Shown: positions 6,972 through 15,965 of the stretch, in pieces
Layout: each line of letters opens with the position of its first letter
Position numbering within the stretch: the stretch's first letter is position 1
Source: Nitrospirota bacterium
GTDB lineage: Bacteria; Nitrospirota; UBA9217
Assembly: GCA_031427195.1 (NCBI GenBank)
Contig: JANPMZ010000239.1
Span: 1 to 27,646, forward strand
Direction of reading: 5' to 3'
Length of the DNA: 27,646 nucleotides
The notes under the pieces: model-generated
Databases searched by the model: none
Told to the model about the DNA's origin: nothing
What the model saw: the letters and a program-made list of their open reading frames with translations, nothing else
Made by a program: the position numbers and the translations under genes

Positions 6972-8492
6972 CTAAGACGAGACATGCTTCTCATCTTTAT
7001 CGGAACCAGGGGAATACTGGTGGTAGGTATGCATCCCGAGCTTCAATAATCCCTTTTCAATAAGGCGGCGGGCGGCTTCCGACACCTTTGGATCGAACTG
7101 TTTTCCTGCTTCCCGCTCCAGTTCGGCCATCACGTTTTCGGCAGAGATCATTCCGCGATAGGGGCGCTCCGACAGCATGGCATCCATCGTATCGGAGACG
7201 TTCAGCACGCGAGCAGCAAGTGTGATCTGTTCACCTGCCAATCCCCGCGGATATCCCTTGCCATCGTAGCGTTCGTGATGCTGGTAGATGGCATCGATAA
7301 TAGCCGGTGCAAACCCGATGGGTTCGAGGATCCTGAGTCCGTGCGCAGGATGATCTTTCATAATATCGAATTCTTCCCGGCTCAGGCGGTCCGGCTTGCT
7401 GATGATGCGCTCACTGATGCCGATCTTGCCCACGTCATGCAGAATGGAGGAAATATGGAGCTCCTCAAGCTGGGTGGGGCTCATACCCATATCGCGTCCC
7501 AGAGCGACGGCATATTTGGCGACATTCGTTGAATGCCACCGGGTATAGGGGTCCTTCGCCTCCACAGCCGCCACCAGCGCCTGGACCGTTCGAAAGTAGT
7601 TCTCGCGCAGGTTCTCGTAGAGGCCGGCATTTTCCATGGCCGTCACCACCTGGCTCGACAGGATCAGGAGCACCTGCAGGTCGCTGGTCGTAAAAGGCGG
7701 ATCAGCAAATTTGCTCACATTGAGCACGCCGAACATCTTGTCCCTGCCGATCAGCGGTACCGACATGGACGAGATCGGCATATTGTCGAGGTTCAGGGCC
7801 TCCATGACCTCCTGGTCGGCATGTTTGCCCCGCGATATGATCAGCGGTTTTCGGCTCTTGAGTACAAGCCCCGAGATCCCTTCACCGGTCCTGCGCCGGG
7901 CTTTCAGTGCCGTCTCCGTCGGCAACCCGTGTGAAGCGCGGATCACCAGGTTGTCGCTCTTCTCATCGAGCAGCATGAGCGAAACGCGCTCTACCGAGAA
8001 TTCCTGCACCAGGACCTCGGTGATGATCTTGAACAGGTGAGTAAGGTCGGTCTCGGTAACGAGCAGTTTACTGATCTCGAACAGGGGGATCAACGCCTTG
8101 AGCCTGATATTCTCCTTCTGGAGCCTGCTGCGATTCATTGAACGCTCGACCGTGCCGAGCAGTTCCTCCTGGGTGAACGGCTTCAATACAAACCCATCAA
8201 CGCCGCTCATCAGCGATTCGATGGCGGTATCGAGCGTGCCATGTCCCGTAATAAAGATGGTGACGATATCACGATTCAGCCCCTTGACCTGATCAAAAAG
8301 TTCCAACCCGTCCATCCCCGGCATCTTGATATCCGTGATGAGAAGATCGGTCATGTTCCGGTTCAGTTCCTCGAAGGCGGCCTTGCCGTTCGGTGCTGTC
8401 GTTACCAGGTAGCCCTCTGCCGACAGGATATGATAGCACAGGTCCCGGATCATTTCTTCATCATCAACTACCAATATCTTTTCACCGGCCAT
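6972..8492 (-). CDS. Response regulator with REC-GAF-HD-GYP architecture (predicted c-di-GMP phosphodiesterase)
   Basis: REC (VVDDE, ITDIKMP, FITG, LKPF), GAF, then HD-GYP (WHS, LHDVGKIG, HHERYDGKGYP, RPYR). ATG 8492 lies 9 nt after a GGAGGA SD; the track start at 8501 is a TTG abutting the SD. Confidence 0.92.
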   Translation of the reverse strand: MAGEKILVVDDEEMIRDLCYHILSAEGYLVTTAPNGKAAFEELNRNMTDLLITDIKMPGMDGLELFDQVKGLNRDIVTIFITGHGTLDTAIESLMSGVDGFVLKPFTQEELLGTVERSMNRSRLQKENIRLKALIPLFEISKLLVTETDLTHLFKIITEVLVQEFSVERVSLMLLDEKSDNLVIRASHGLPTETALKARRRTGEGISGLVLKSRKPLIISRGKHADQEVMEALNLDNMPISSMSVPLIGRDKMFGVLNVSKFADPPFTTSDLQVLLILSSQVVTAMENAGLYENLRENYFRTVQALVAAVEAKDPYTRWHSTNVAKYAVALGRDMGMSPTQLEELHISSILHDVGKIGISERIISKPDRLSREEFDIMKDHPAHGLRILEPIGFAPAIIDAIYQHHERYDGKGYPRGLAGEQITLAARVLNVSDTMDAMLSERPYRGMISAENVMAELEREAGKQFDPKVSEAARRLIEKGLLKLGMHTYHQYSPGSDKDEKHVSS

Positions 8493-8549
8493 TATGCTCA
8501 ATCCTCCATGGCGCTCGTCACGCCTGACTTTTTCGCATTAACCTTCGCC

Positions 8550-9998
8550 CTACACGTCCTGGACGGGAATGATCACTTTGAATATGGATCCCTTGTCCAC
8601 GGTACTCTCTACTTCAATCCTTCCGCCATGGTTCTGCACGATCATGTAACTGATCGACAACCCCAGCCCCGTACCCCCGCCATCCGGCCGGGCTGAAAAG
8701 AAAGGGTCAAATATTTTATCCAGCTGTTCTTCGGGGATCCCATGGCCGGTATCGGCAAACTCCACGATGACGGATTGCCGCCCCGTGATATCCTGGTCCA
8801 CCCGGCACCGGATAGCAAGGCTGCCGCCTTTGGGCATCGCAAAGCACGCATTGTTGATAAGATTGACAAATACCTGCCGTATCTCATCGACGTCGATCGA
8901 GACCTGCGGGAGACTGTCGTCACAGGACGTGGTGATAACAATATTACTTAATTTTGCCTGTCCCTTGATGAGCGGTATCGTATCCTGGACAACCATGTTC
9001 ATGCCGGCCTTCACCAGCCGTGGCGGCTTTCTCCGTGAAAAATCCAGAAGATTCTTCAGGATCTCCCGGGCACGAAGCGTCTCCCGTTCCACGATTTTCA
9101 AATGTTCTTTTTTGTCAGCGGGAATATCGTCGGCCTTGAGCAACAGACCGGTATATCCCAAGACACCGGTCAGCGGGTTGTTCACCTCGTAGGCGATATT
9201 CGTTGCCAGTTCACCGATAGCGGCCAGCTTTGCACTCTGCATCAGCTTGCGTTGCGACACGTGAAGGTTGTGCGTCATGGTGTTGAACGCTTCTCCCAGT
9301 TCCGTAAACTCGCTCCCCCAGGCATCCGTAATCTTAACCCGGTGCAGAAGTTCACCGCGGGCAATTCGCCGGGTCGCTTCGAGGAGTTCCTGGAGCCTCC
9401 GGTCAAGTCCCTTTATCTGCGTATAGGCGATGATAAACGCAAGTGCCAAACCCAGCAGAAGGGTGACCGAAAGCACCCAGCGTACCTCACGAATCGTGGT
9501 CATAGTTTCCTGCGTTTTCTGCTGGAGCCGGACATTGGCAGTAAATGCCATGCCCTGGGTCATCGTAATAAGTTCTTGCCCGAGGTCCTGCGCACGGCGC
9601 TCGAGCCCTGCGATACGCGACGAGTTCGCCGATGCGGTTATAAGTCGGCTGATCGCGCTTTTGTAATCGTTCGCCACGTCCCGCATCGAGACGAGCCCCT
9701 GGTGCAGCTCCGGAGAATGGTGACAACCGATACAGGAGTCCATTGTCCGGTCCATCTCCTGCACCTGACTGATGAGCACATCAATATCGCCACTATCCCT
9801 GATCCTGCTGCGGTAGATGTGCGACTGCACCTGCTGAATGCGAATGATCAGGTCCTCGCGGAGGATCTCAACCTGATAGAGCAGGACCAGGCGATCCATC
9901 CTGTCGGTGGTCCTCGTGATGTACAGCACTGCAATGATGCTCCCCGCCAAAAATATCAGCAACAGCAAGCCAAAGCCCAATAGAATTCTTTTTTTCAT
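8550..9998 (-). CDS. Membrane sensor histidine-kinase-like protein (periplasmic CxxCH, HAMP, HisKA with His->Tyr, HATPase)
   Basis: Two TM helices flank a periplasmic domain containing CIGCH. HAMP follows. The H-box reads AYEVNNPL. N, G1, F and G2 boxes are present. Confidence 0.9.
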   Translation of the reverse strand: MKKRILLGFGLLLLIFLAGSIIAVLYITRTTDRMDRLVLLYQVEILREDLIIRIQQVQSHIYRSRIRDSGDIDVLISQVQEMDRTMDSCIGCHHSPELHQGLVSMRDVANDYKSAISRLITASANSSRIAGLERRAQDLGQELITMTQGMAFTANVRLQQKTQETMTTIREVRWVLSVTLLLGLALAFIIAYTQIKGLDRRLQELLEATRRIARGELLHRVKITDAWGSEFTELGEAFNTMTHNLHVSQRKLMQSAKLAAIGELATNIAYEVNNPLTGVLGYTGLLLKADDIPADKKEHLKIVERETLRAREILKNLLDFSRRKPPRLVKAGMNMVVQDTIPLIKGQAKLSNIVITTSCDDSLPQVSIDVDEIRQVFVNLINNACFAMPKGGSLAIRCRVDQDITGRQSVIVEFADTGHGIPEEQLDKIFDPFFSARPDGGGTGLGLSISYMIVQNHGGRIEVESTVDKGSIFKVIIPVQDV

Positions 9999-10131
9999 GG
10001 ATTATTCCATCACCTGTTGGTATCCTTCTGCGCATATCCCTTGACCACTAAGGGCCGCGGTTTTTCCTACGTGCAGGCAGTTCATGGAGACAACCGTATG
10101 AACGACACGCCGCCTGCAAACCCATTTCTTT

Positions 10132-12258
10132 TCATGCCGTCGTCTCCTCCTTCTGGCTGTCGGACTGGGCCATGATTGGCGTTTTTTGATAAAGCGGGAG
10201 CGTCACCCGGAAAACAGTGCCCTGGCCGACCTGACTTGCAGCTTCGACCGTGCCGCCATGATTCTGAATAATACGATAGCTGATTGAAAGACCGAGGCCG
10301 GTGCCATCACCGTTCTCCTTGGTCGAAAAAAATGGCTCGAAGATCTTGTCTAAATTTTCCGGCGCGATACCTACACCGGTATCACCAAACTCTACAACAA
10401 CCTGATAGTCCCGCACCATGCTAAGCCGGACCCGGAACTCGCCGCCCGATGGCATGGCCTGCAGTGCATTATACGCTATGTTTATGAAGACCTGCTTGAT
10501 CTCATCATGGTCCATATTGACCATGACCGGAGTTTCCGGGTACTCCTCTACAACACGGACAGCGGAGGATTCCGCCATACCTTGCACAAGCGCGATCGTT
10601 TCCTTGATCGGCATAAGCAGGTCGGCAGGATGCATCCAGGAAGGTTTCTGCCGGGAAAAATCCAGGAGGTTTCTGATGATCTTTCTCACCCGCAGCGTTT
10701 CCTGCTCCATCATGCCAAGCATCCGCCTGGGGGTCTCTGCCAGGTCAACCGTTTTCAGAAGGTAGGTCGTATAACCAAGCACGCTCGTCAAAGGATTATT
10801 GATCTCATGGGCGACGTTCGCGGCAAGCTCGCCGATCGCGGCCATCTTCGACGAATGAACCAGTTGCTGCTGCGCACTTTTCAGCTCCAGCATTTTTTCC
10901 TTAAGGTCCGTATACAGCGAAGCATTCTGCAGTGCCGCCCCGGCAAGGTTTCCAAAGACCGTAAACAAACGCAGATCATGTTTGTCAAAGCTGGCGCCGC
11001 CCTTTTTATTGACAACCGTGAGCAGGCCGGTCAAGGTATTCGATGACCAGAGTGGTACCATCATGAGAGTCTTGACCCCGAGTGTTTTCATTCGATCGCC
11101 GTCTAACCTGAAATCAGACTGCGCATCCGGAATAAGGAGCGGCGTTCCATAGCAGGCGAGCCAGTTGTAGATCCCCCCTGTTTCGAGCGGAAGTTCCTGT
11201 TCCATGAGCAGCTGTTTTTTGCTTCCATGCACACCAAGATACTGCAGCGTAAAGCTCTTCTTGTTTAAAACCGATACAGCCGTCGTGTCGGCCCGGACAA
11301 GATCATCTGCACGCGCAGCGATTTTGGTCACAAGGGTGTCGAGCTCAAGGCTCTCCATCAGGTCCAGACCGGCGGTATGGAGGATGAACAGATCTCTGTT
11401 CCAGCTGGACAAACTGGCTTCCCGCTGCTTCAACGTAAGCGCCATCTGGTTAAAGGCATGACCGAGTTTGCTGATCTCGTCATTTCCTTTGACCGGGAGC
11501 GGCGTTTCCCAGTTTTGCTGACTCAGCATGTCAGCAGCATCGCTGAGCGTGCGTATTGGTTTCGTGATGCTGATGGTAATAATCTGACTGAACGCCATTC
11601 CCACCAGGAGAATGCCAATGAGCGCAACAGATGCTTTTTTTACCAATCCGGTAAATTTTTCCGCATACCGCTGGCTGGACACACCGACCCGGACAAAACC
11701 GGCCAGATCCTGACCCGCCATGACCGGAACGGTGAGATCGTAGACCCCAGCCTGTTTAAATAAAAAAACGGGCGCAGTCGCTCTCCTCATCTCGGGACTG
11801 AGAGAGACGTCGTCAATCATCATTTTGTTGCCAGTCGGCAACGTGTAAAAATATGAATCGCTGTTAAAGAACGCCGCCGTGGCACTACTGCCGATGATGA
11901 GCGTCCCGTCATGCCGATATATCATGATATAGAGGAGATCGCTTCCGGTGTGTACCTCGTCCTCTGGCACTAGGAGCGGGATCAGTTTCTTGTAGATATC
12001 GTGACGATTTTCGGTAATAATATCATCCAGCGTCAGCGCGGAAAGCTCGCGGGCGACAGACAGAGCACGACCGCGAATTTCCACATCAAGCATCGCCGTC
12101 CCTTCCCGATAAAAGAACATTCCAATAAAGAATGAGACAAGCAAAAGGGCTACCGCAATAAAGAAAGAGACCCTGCAGCCAACTCCTCCCCACCGCCGCG
12201 CGGCGAACTGGTGCATGCGTGCCAAGAGGTGAGAAATCATTTTCTTTTTGTCAGTCAT
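10132..12258 (-). CDS. Membrane sensor histidine kinase (periplasmic sensor, HAMP, GAF, HisKA, HATPase)
   Basis: TM-periplasmic-TM, HAMP ([13 protein letters not shown]), GAF, canonical H-box [14 protein letters not shown] and GTGLGLSIS. Start uncertain (12291, 12258, 12240 or 12216); 12258 chosen because 12291 overlaps a likely -10. Confidence 0.9.
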   Translation of the reverse strand: MTDKKKMISHLLARMHQFAARRWGGVGCRVSFFIAVALLLVSFFIGMFFYREGTAMLDVEIRGRALSVARELSALTLDDIITENRHDIYKKLIPLLVPEDEVHTGSDLLYIMIYRHDGTLIIGSSATAAFFNSDSYFYTLPTGNKMMIDDVSLSPEMRRATAPVFLFKQAGVYDLTVPVMAGQDLAGFVRVGVSSQRYAEKFTGLVKKASVALIGILLVGMAFSQIITISITKPIRTLSDAADMLSQQNWETPLPVKGNDEISKLGHAFNQMALTLKQREASLSSWNRDLFILHTAGLDLMESLELDTLVTKIAARADDLVRADTTAVSVLNKKSFTLQYLGVHGSKKQLLMEQELPLETGGIYNWLACYGTPLLIPDAQSDFRLDGDRMKTLGVKTLMMVPLWSSNTLTGLLTVVNKKGGASFDKHDLRLFTVFGNLAGAALQNASLYTDLKEKMLELKSAQQQLVHSSKMAAIGELAANVAHEINNPLTSVLGYTTYLLKTVDLAETPRRMLGMMEQETLRVRKIIRNLLDFSRQKPSWMHPADLLMPIKETIALVQGMAESSAVRVVEEYPETPVMVNMDHDEIKQVFINIAYNALQAMPSGGEFRVRLSMVRDYQVVVEFGDTGVGIAPENLDKIFEPFFSTKENGDGTGLGLSISYRIIQNHGGTVEAASQVGQGTVFRVTLPLYQKTPIMAQSDSQKEETTA

Positions 12259-12281
12259 AGAAGAATTAAAATACCTGTAGA

Positions 12282-12290
12282 ATTTTAACA
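12282..12290 (-). promoter_or_regulatory. Putative extended -10 promoter of the signalling operon
   Basis: TGtTAAAAT in an AT-rich tract immediately downstream of the rplQ terminator; no clear -35. Confidence 0.4.
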
Positions 12291-12312
12291 TAATATTTCA
12301 TATAAACGCCAT

Positions 12313-12345
12313 AAAAAACGGCAAGGGATTAATTCCCTTGCCGTT
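12313..12345 (-). terminator. Rho-independent terminator of the ribosomal superoperon
   Basis: Minus strand AACGGCAAGGGA-ATTAA-TCCCTTGCCG-TTTTTT: perfect GC-rich stem with a U6 tail, ~50 nt after the rplQ stop. Confidence 0.92.
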
Positions 12346-12396
12346 CGTACCATCATACTGTTTAGTGCTCAGCGTCAGCTCGGCACAACTGCGGTG

Positions 12397-12801
12397 CTAC
12401 GCTTTGGCTATTTCTGCACCCTTCGCCCCGGGTGTTTCCTGCTTTTTGCGTTCAATAAGCTCGATTACGGCCATGGGAGCTGCATCACCGGGCCGGTTTC
12501 GGGTCAGGACAATTCTGGTATATCCCCCGTTCCTGGTTGCAAAACGCGGGGCAATACTGGTGAAAAGACCGCTTACCACTGATTCATCGTTAATAAAACT
12601 GAGCGCCTGCCGTCTCGCATGAAGATCACCCCGTTTACCCAGCGTGATCATTTTTTCAGCCAACGGTCTGAGCTCCTTGGCCTTTGCCACGGTAGTTTCG
12701 ATCTTTTCGTTCTTCAGGAGTGCTATCACGAGCATCCGGAGCAATGCTTTCCGGTGCGAACTATCTCTCCCAAACTGCCTGCCTGTACATGCATGTCTCA
12801 T
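12397..12801 (-). CDS. rplQ: 50S ribosomal protein bL17
   Basis: MRH...[27 protein letters not shown] and [11 protein letters not shown]; follows rpoA. Confidence 0.97.
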   Translation of the reverse strand: MRHACTGRQFGRDSSHRKALLRMLVIALLKNEKIETTVAKAKELRPLAEKMITLGKRGDLHARRQALSFINDESVVSGLFTSIAPRFATRNGGYTRIVLTRNRPGDAAPMAVIELIERKKQETPGAKGAEIAKA

Positions 12802-12832
12802 TGCGGTATCCTTATTTACAAAAGTAGATTTA

Positions 12833-13855
12833 TTAACTCTCGCTCGGTTTTTCTGCCAGCAATCGCCGTGCCTCGGCTACAATTTTATCATCAACTTTGA
12901 GGCCCAGGCCCAGACCCATATCCGCAAGAATTTCTTTGATCTCGTTCAATGATTTCCTGCCGAAGTTCTTTGTCTTAAGCATCTCGCTTTCGGTTTTCTG
13001 AACCATCTCGGCGATCGTCTCAATGCCAGCATTCTTGAGACAGTTCGCGGCACGAACCGAAAGTTCAAGCTCATTCACACTTCGCAGCAAATTCTCGTTG
13101 AAGGAGGGGACTTTTTTTATTTCCTCTTCCGTGACCGGGGCATCTTCTTCCTCTTCAGGAAGATGGATGAATATGGACAGATGATCCTTCAACAGCTTCG
13201 ATGCATGCGCAACGGCATCATCGGGACGAATACTTCCGTCCGTCCAAACCTCAAGCACCAGCTTATCGTAATCGGTTTCCTGGCCTACTCGCGCATTTTC
13301 CACCCTGAAATTTACTTTTCTGATCGGCGAAAAAATAGAATCGATCGGAATGACACCAATGGCTTGGCCAGGCTCTTTATTCTTGTCAGATGCTACATAG
13401 CCTCTGCCGCGCCGTGCCCGCATTTCAACTTCAATTTTCCCGTTCTTGTCGATCGTGGCCAGATGGAGCTCAGGGTTCAGGATCTCGACCTCTGCATCAG
13501 CTTCGATATCCTTGGCAGTCACTTCGCCCGGCCCCTTGGCCTTGAGCACAAGCGTCTTTGGCTTATCGGTGTGTAACTTCAACCGCACTTCCTTAAGGTT
13601 GAGGATCAGATCGGTCGTATCCTCCACCACGCCGGGAATGCTGGAGAACTCATGCTGCACACCGCTGATCTTCAGGGAGGTTATTGCCGACCCCTCAAGG
13701 GATGACAAGAGCACTCTCCGAAGCGAATTACCCAGCGTTGTACCAAAACCACGCTCTAACGGTTCGGCAGTAAATTTACCATAGGTATCAGTGATCTTTT
13801 TGGGATCATACTGAAGTTTCTTGGGCATCTGAAAATCTTTAGCTTTCTTAAGCAT
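12833..13855 (-). CDS. rpoA: RNA polymerase alpha subunit
   Basis: [32 protein letters not shown] and [10 protein letters not shown]. Confidence 0.98.
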   Translation of the reverse strand: MLKKAKDFQMPKKLQYDPKKITDTYGKFTAEPLERGFGTTLGNSLRRVLLSSLEGSAITSLKISGVQHEFSSIPGVVEDTTDLILNLKEVRLKLHTDKPKTLVLKAKGPGEVTAKDIEADAEVEILNPELHLATIDKNGKIEVEMRARRGRGYVASDKNKEPGQAIGVIPIDSIFSPIRKVNFRVENARVGQETDYDKLVLEVWTDGSIRPDDAVAHASKLLKDHLSIFIHLPEEEEDAPVTEEEIKKVPSFNENLLRSVNELELSVRAANCLKNAGIETIAEMVQKTESEMLKTKNFGRKSLNEIKEILADMGLGLGLKVDDKIVAEARRLLAEKPSES

Positions 13856-13971
13856 GCTTCCTCCATAACGGAGTGAAAAAACTTTCTTTAGGACTACAGA
13901 GGACTATCTGGACATCTGGCATGAACCAGATCATCCCTGAGCCTTACCATATACGATTTTGACCTGCGCTA

Positions 13972-14601
13972 TTATTTTGAGTAGAGCTCGACGACAAGCT
14001 GTTCCTTGACCGTCGGGAGCGTACACTCATCGCGGGCCGGCAACGCCAGGACCTTGCCTCTGAACGCGACCTTATCCATCTCAAGCCATGCAGGGAATCC
14101 GCGCTTTTCAATAGCAGCAAGGGTTTGCTGGATCTGTCCGATACCCCTGCTCTTTTCACGCAATTCAACCACATCGCCCGCCTTCAGCAGATACGAGGGG
14201 ATATTGACCTTTTTACCGTTCACCAGCATGTGTCCGTGCCGTACCAACTGGCGCGCTTCTTTTTTGGCGCCGGCGAAGCCCATGCGCTGGACCACATTGT
14301 CGAGCCTTCTTTCCAGGAGCTGCAGAAGGTTGTCGCCCGTGATGCCTTTCATCCGCTCGGCCTTTTCGAAATAACCACGAAACTGTCCTTCGAGAACACC
14401 ATAGACACGCTTGATCTTCTGTTTTTCCCTGAGCTGCAGGCTATACTCTGAATGCTTAATCCGCGCCTGACCATGTTGTCCGGGTGGATAACTTCTCCGC
14501 GTGATGCCGCATTTATCTGTATAACAACGCTCAGCCTTCAGAAAGAGCTTCGTACCTTCCCGTCTGCAGAGTTTACAAACTGATCCAATATAGCGCGCCA
14601 C
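13972..14601 (-). CDS. rpsD: 30S ribosomal protein uS4
   Basis: GTG start with GGAGGA SD; [23 protein letters not shown] and ARQLVRHGH. Confidence 0.98.
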   Translation of the reverse strand: MARYIGSVCKLCRREGTKLFLKAERCYTDKCGITRRSYPPGQHGQARIKHSEYSLQLREKQKIKRVYGVLEGQFRGYFEKAERMKGITGDNLLQLLERRLDNVVQRMGFAGAKKEARQLVRHGHMLVNGKKVNIPSYLLKAGDVVELREKSRGIGQIQQTLAAIEKRGFPAWLEMDKVAFRGKVLALPARDECTLPTVKEQLVVELYSK

Positions 14602-14614
14602 GTGATTCCTCCTG

Positions 14615-14989
14615 TTAAACCCGTCGTCTTTTCGGCGGTCTGCATCCGTTATGCGGTATGGGCGTCACATCTTTGATTGCTACAATCTCCAGTCCTGCCG
14701 CCTGAATTGACCTGATCGCCGATTCCCGGCCGGTGCCCGGACCTTTGACATACACTTCTACCTGTCGCATGCCATGTTCCATTGCTTTCTTCGCAGCAGT
14801 CTCCGCTGCGAGCTGAGAGGCAAATGGAGTGCTCTTGCGCGATCCTTTAAAGCCCTTATTCCCTGCACTGGACCATGAAAGCACATTACCAGCCGTATCC
14901 GTGATGGTCACGATCGTATTGTTGAACGATGCATGGATGTGGGCCACACCCATGGACACATTTTTTCTTTCTTTGCCCTTCTTGGCCAT
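14615..14989 (-). CDS. rpsK: 30S ribosomal protein uS11
   Basis: [16 protein letters not shown] and [18 protein letters not shown]. Confidence 0.98.
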   Translation of the reverse strand: MAKKGKERKNVSMGVAHIHASFNNTIVTITDTAGNVLSWSSAGNKGFKGSRKSTPFASQLAAETAAKKAMEHGMRQVEVYVKGPGTGRESAIRSIQAAGLEIVAIKDVTPIPHNGCRPPKRRRV

Positions 14990-15059
14990 CTATCCTCCTC
15001 AAGACGTATCGGACTGGATGCACAAACAAGCATCGACAGTTCAAGACGCACTTCCTGCT

Positions 15060-15446
15060 CTACTTTTTAGCTAACGATTTTTTCTTGCCTGACATCGCGG
15101 ACCTCTTTGGCCCCTTCCGGGTCCTTGCATTGGTCTTTGTTCGCTGGCCTCGTGCCGGCAAACCTTTCCGGTGCCTGAGACCGCGGTAGCTGCCGATATC
15201 CATTAACCGCTTAATATTCATCGTCACATCTCTGCGAAGGTCGCCCTCCACAACATAGTCACGCTCGAGAATGGTACGGATCTTCAGGACATCAGACTCG
15301 GCAAGATCTGCGCTCTTCATGGCAGGATCTATCCCAGCCTCAGCAATAATCTTCTTGGCAGACGTCTTTCCTATTCCAAAAATATAGGTCAGGGCAACTT
15401 CGATTTTTTTATCCTTCGGTAGATCTACTCCGGCAATTCGTGCCAC
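15060..15446 (-). CDS. rpsM: 30S ribosomal protein uS13
   Basis: GTG start; [21 protein letters not shown] and [14 protein letters not shown]. Confidence 0.98.
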   Translation of the reverse strand: MARIAGVDLPKDKKIEVALTYIFGIGKTSAKKIIAEAGIDPAMKSADLAESDVLKIRTILERDYVVEGDLRRDVTMNIKRLMDIGSYRGLRHRKGLPARGQRTKTNARTRKGPKRSAMSGKKKSLAKK

Positions 15447-15534
15447 ATTTCCTCCTCAATCGCGAAACCGCAACGCACCTGCCAACCGATGGCAAGTAGC
15501 GCACGGTTATCGTGATCCGCGTACTTCGTTCACA

Positions 15535-15648
15535 CTATCCCTGTCGCTGTTTATGACGTGCGTTTTCACAGATCACACGCACAATCCCTTTGCGGCGGAT
15601 AACCTTGCATTTGGTGCATATCTTTCGTACAGAAGAACGAACTTTCAT
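15535..15648 (-). CDS. rpmJ: 50S ribosomal protein bL36 (not in the ORF track)
   Basis: Manual translation [37 protein letters not shown] (37 aa), located between infA and rpsM. Confidence 0.97.
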   Translation of the reverse strand: MKVRSSVRKICTKCKVIRRKGIVRVICENARHKQRQG

Positions 15649-15700
15649 AATGACCTACTTCCACTCTTTATAGTTATTTACACAACCCGTTTCCGGGCAG

Positions 15701-15919
15701 CTACTTGAATCGATAGGTTATCCTGCCCCTGGTGAGGTCGTAGGGTGTTAGTTCAACGGTAACCTTGTCGCCTGGCAGGATCTTAATAAAATGCATCCGC
15801 ATCTTTCCTGATATGTGCGCCAGAATCTTATGACCATTCTCCATCTCAACACGAAACATGGCGTTCGGCAGTGTTTCTAGGACGGTTCCCTGGACTTCTA
15901 TTGAATCTTCTTTCGCCAT
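15701..15919 (-). CDS. infA: Translation initiation factor IF-1
   Basis: [16 protein letters not shown] and [12 protein letters not shown]. Confidence 0.98.
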   Translation of the reverse strand: MAKEDSIEVQGTVLETLPNAMFRVEMENGHKILAHISGKMRMHFIKILPGDKVTVELTPYDLTRGRITYRFK

Positions 15920-15965
15920 ATTATCTCGGTATCCTGCATCGAACCTGTCGATGATCTTCGCTCTT

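Noticed and set aside
9102-9983. Long plus-strand ORFs antisense to known genes (e.g. 9102-9983, 3300-3941, 20347-21072, 20937-21632, 26577-27197)
   Set aside because: Shadow ORFs of GC-rich coding strands with no recognisable domains.
10048-10125. 25-aa ORF MGLQAACRSYGCLHELPARRKNRGP in the same spacer
   Set aside because: No SD, no recognisable motif (not CxxCH), and the length is expected by chance.
9999-10131. c-di-GMP-I riboswitch in the HK1-HK2 spacer (GGAAAAACC...GCGCAGAAG looks vaguely similar)
   Set aside because: It lacks the GNRA tetraloop/receptor arrangement and the GGCAAA/CGCAAAG core; no match can be claimed without an Infernal scan.
12740-12801. Divergent bL17 N-terminus ([19 protein letters not shown])
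   Set aside because: Within plausible lineage variation; there is no evidence of altered function.
15491-15500. GGCAAGTAGC shared between the rpsM leader and the 5298 repeat
   Set aside because: Many 10-mer matches are expected by chance in 27 kb.
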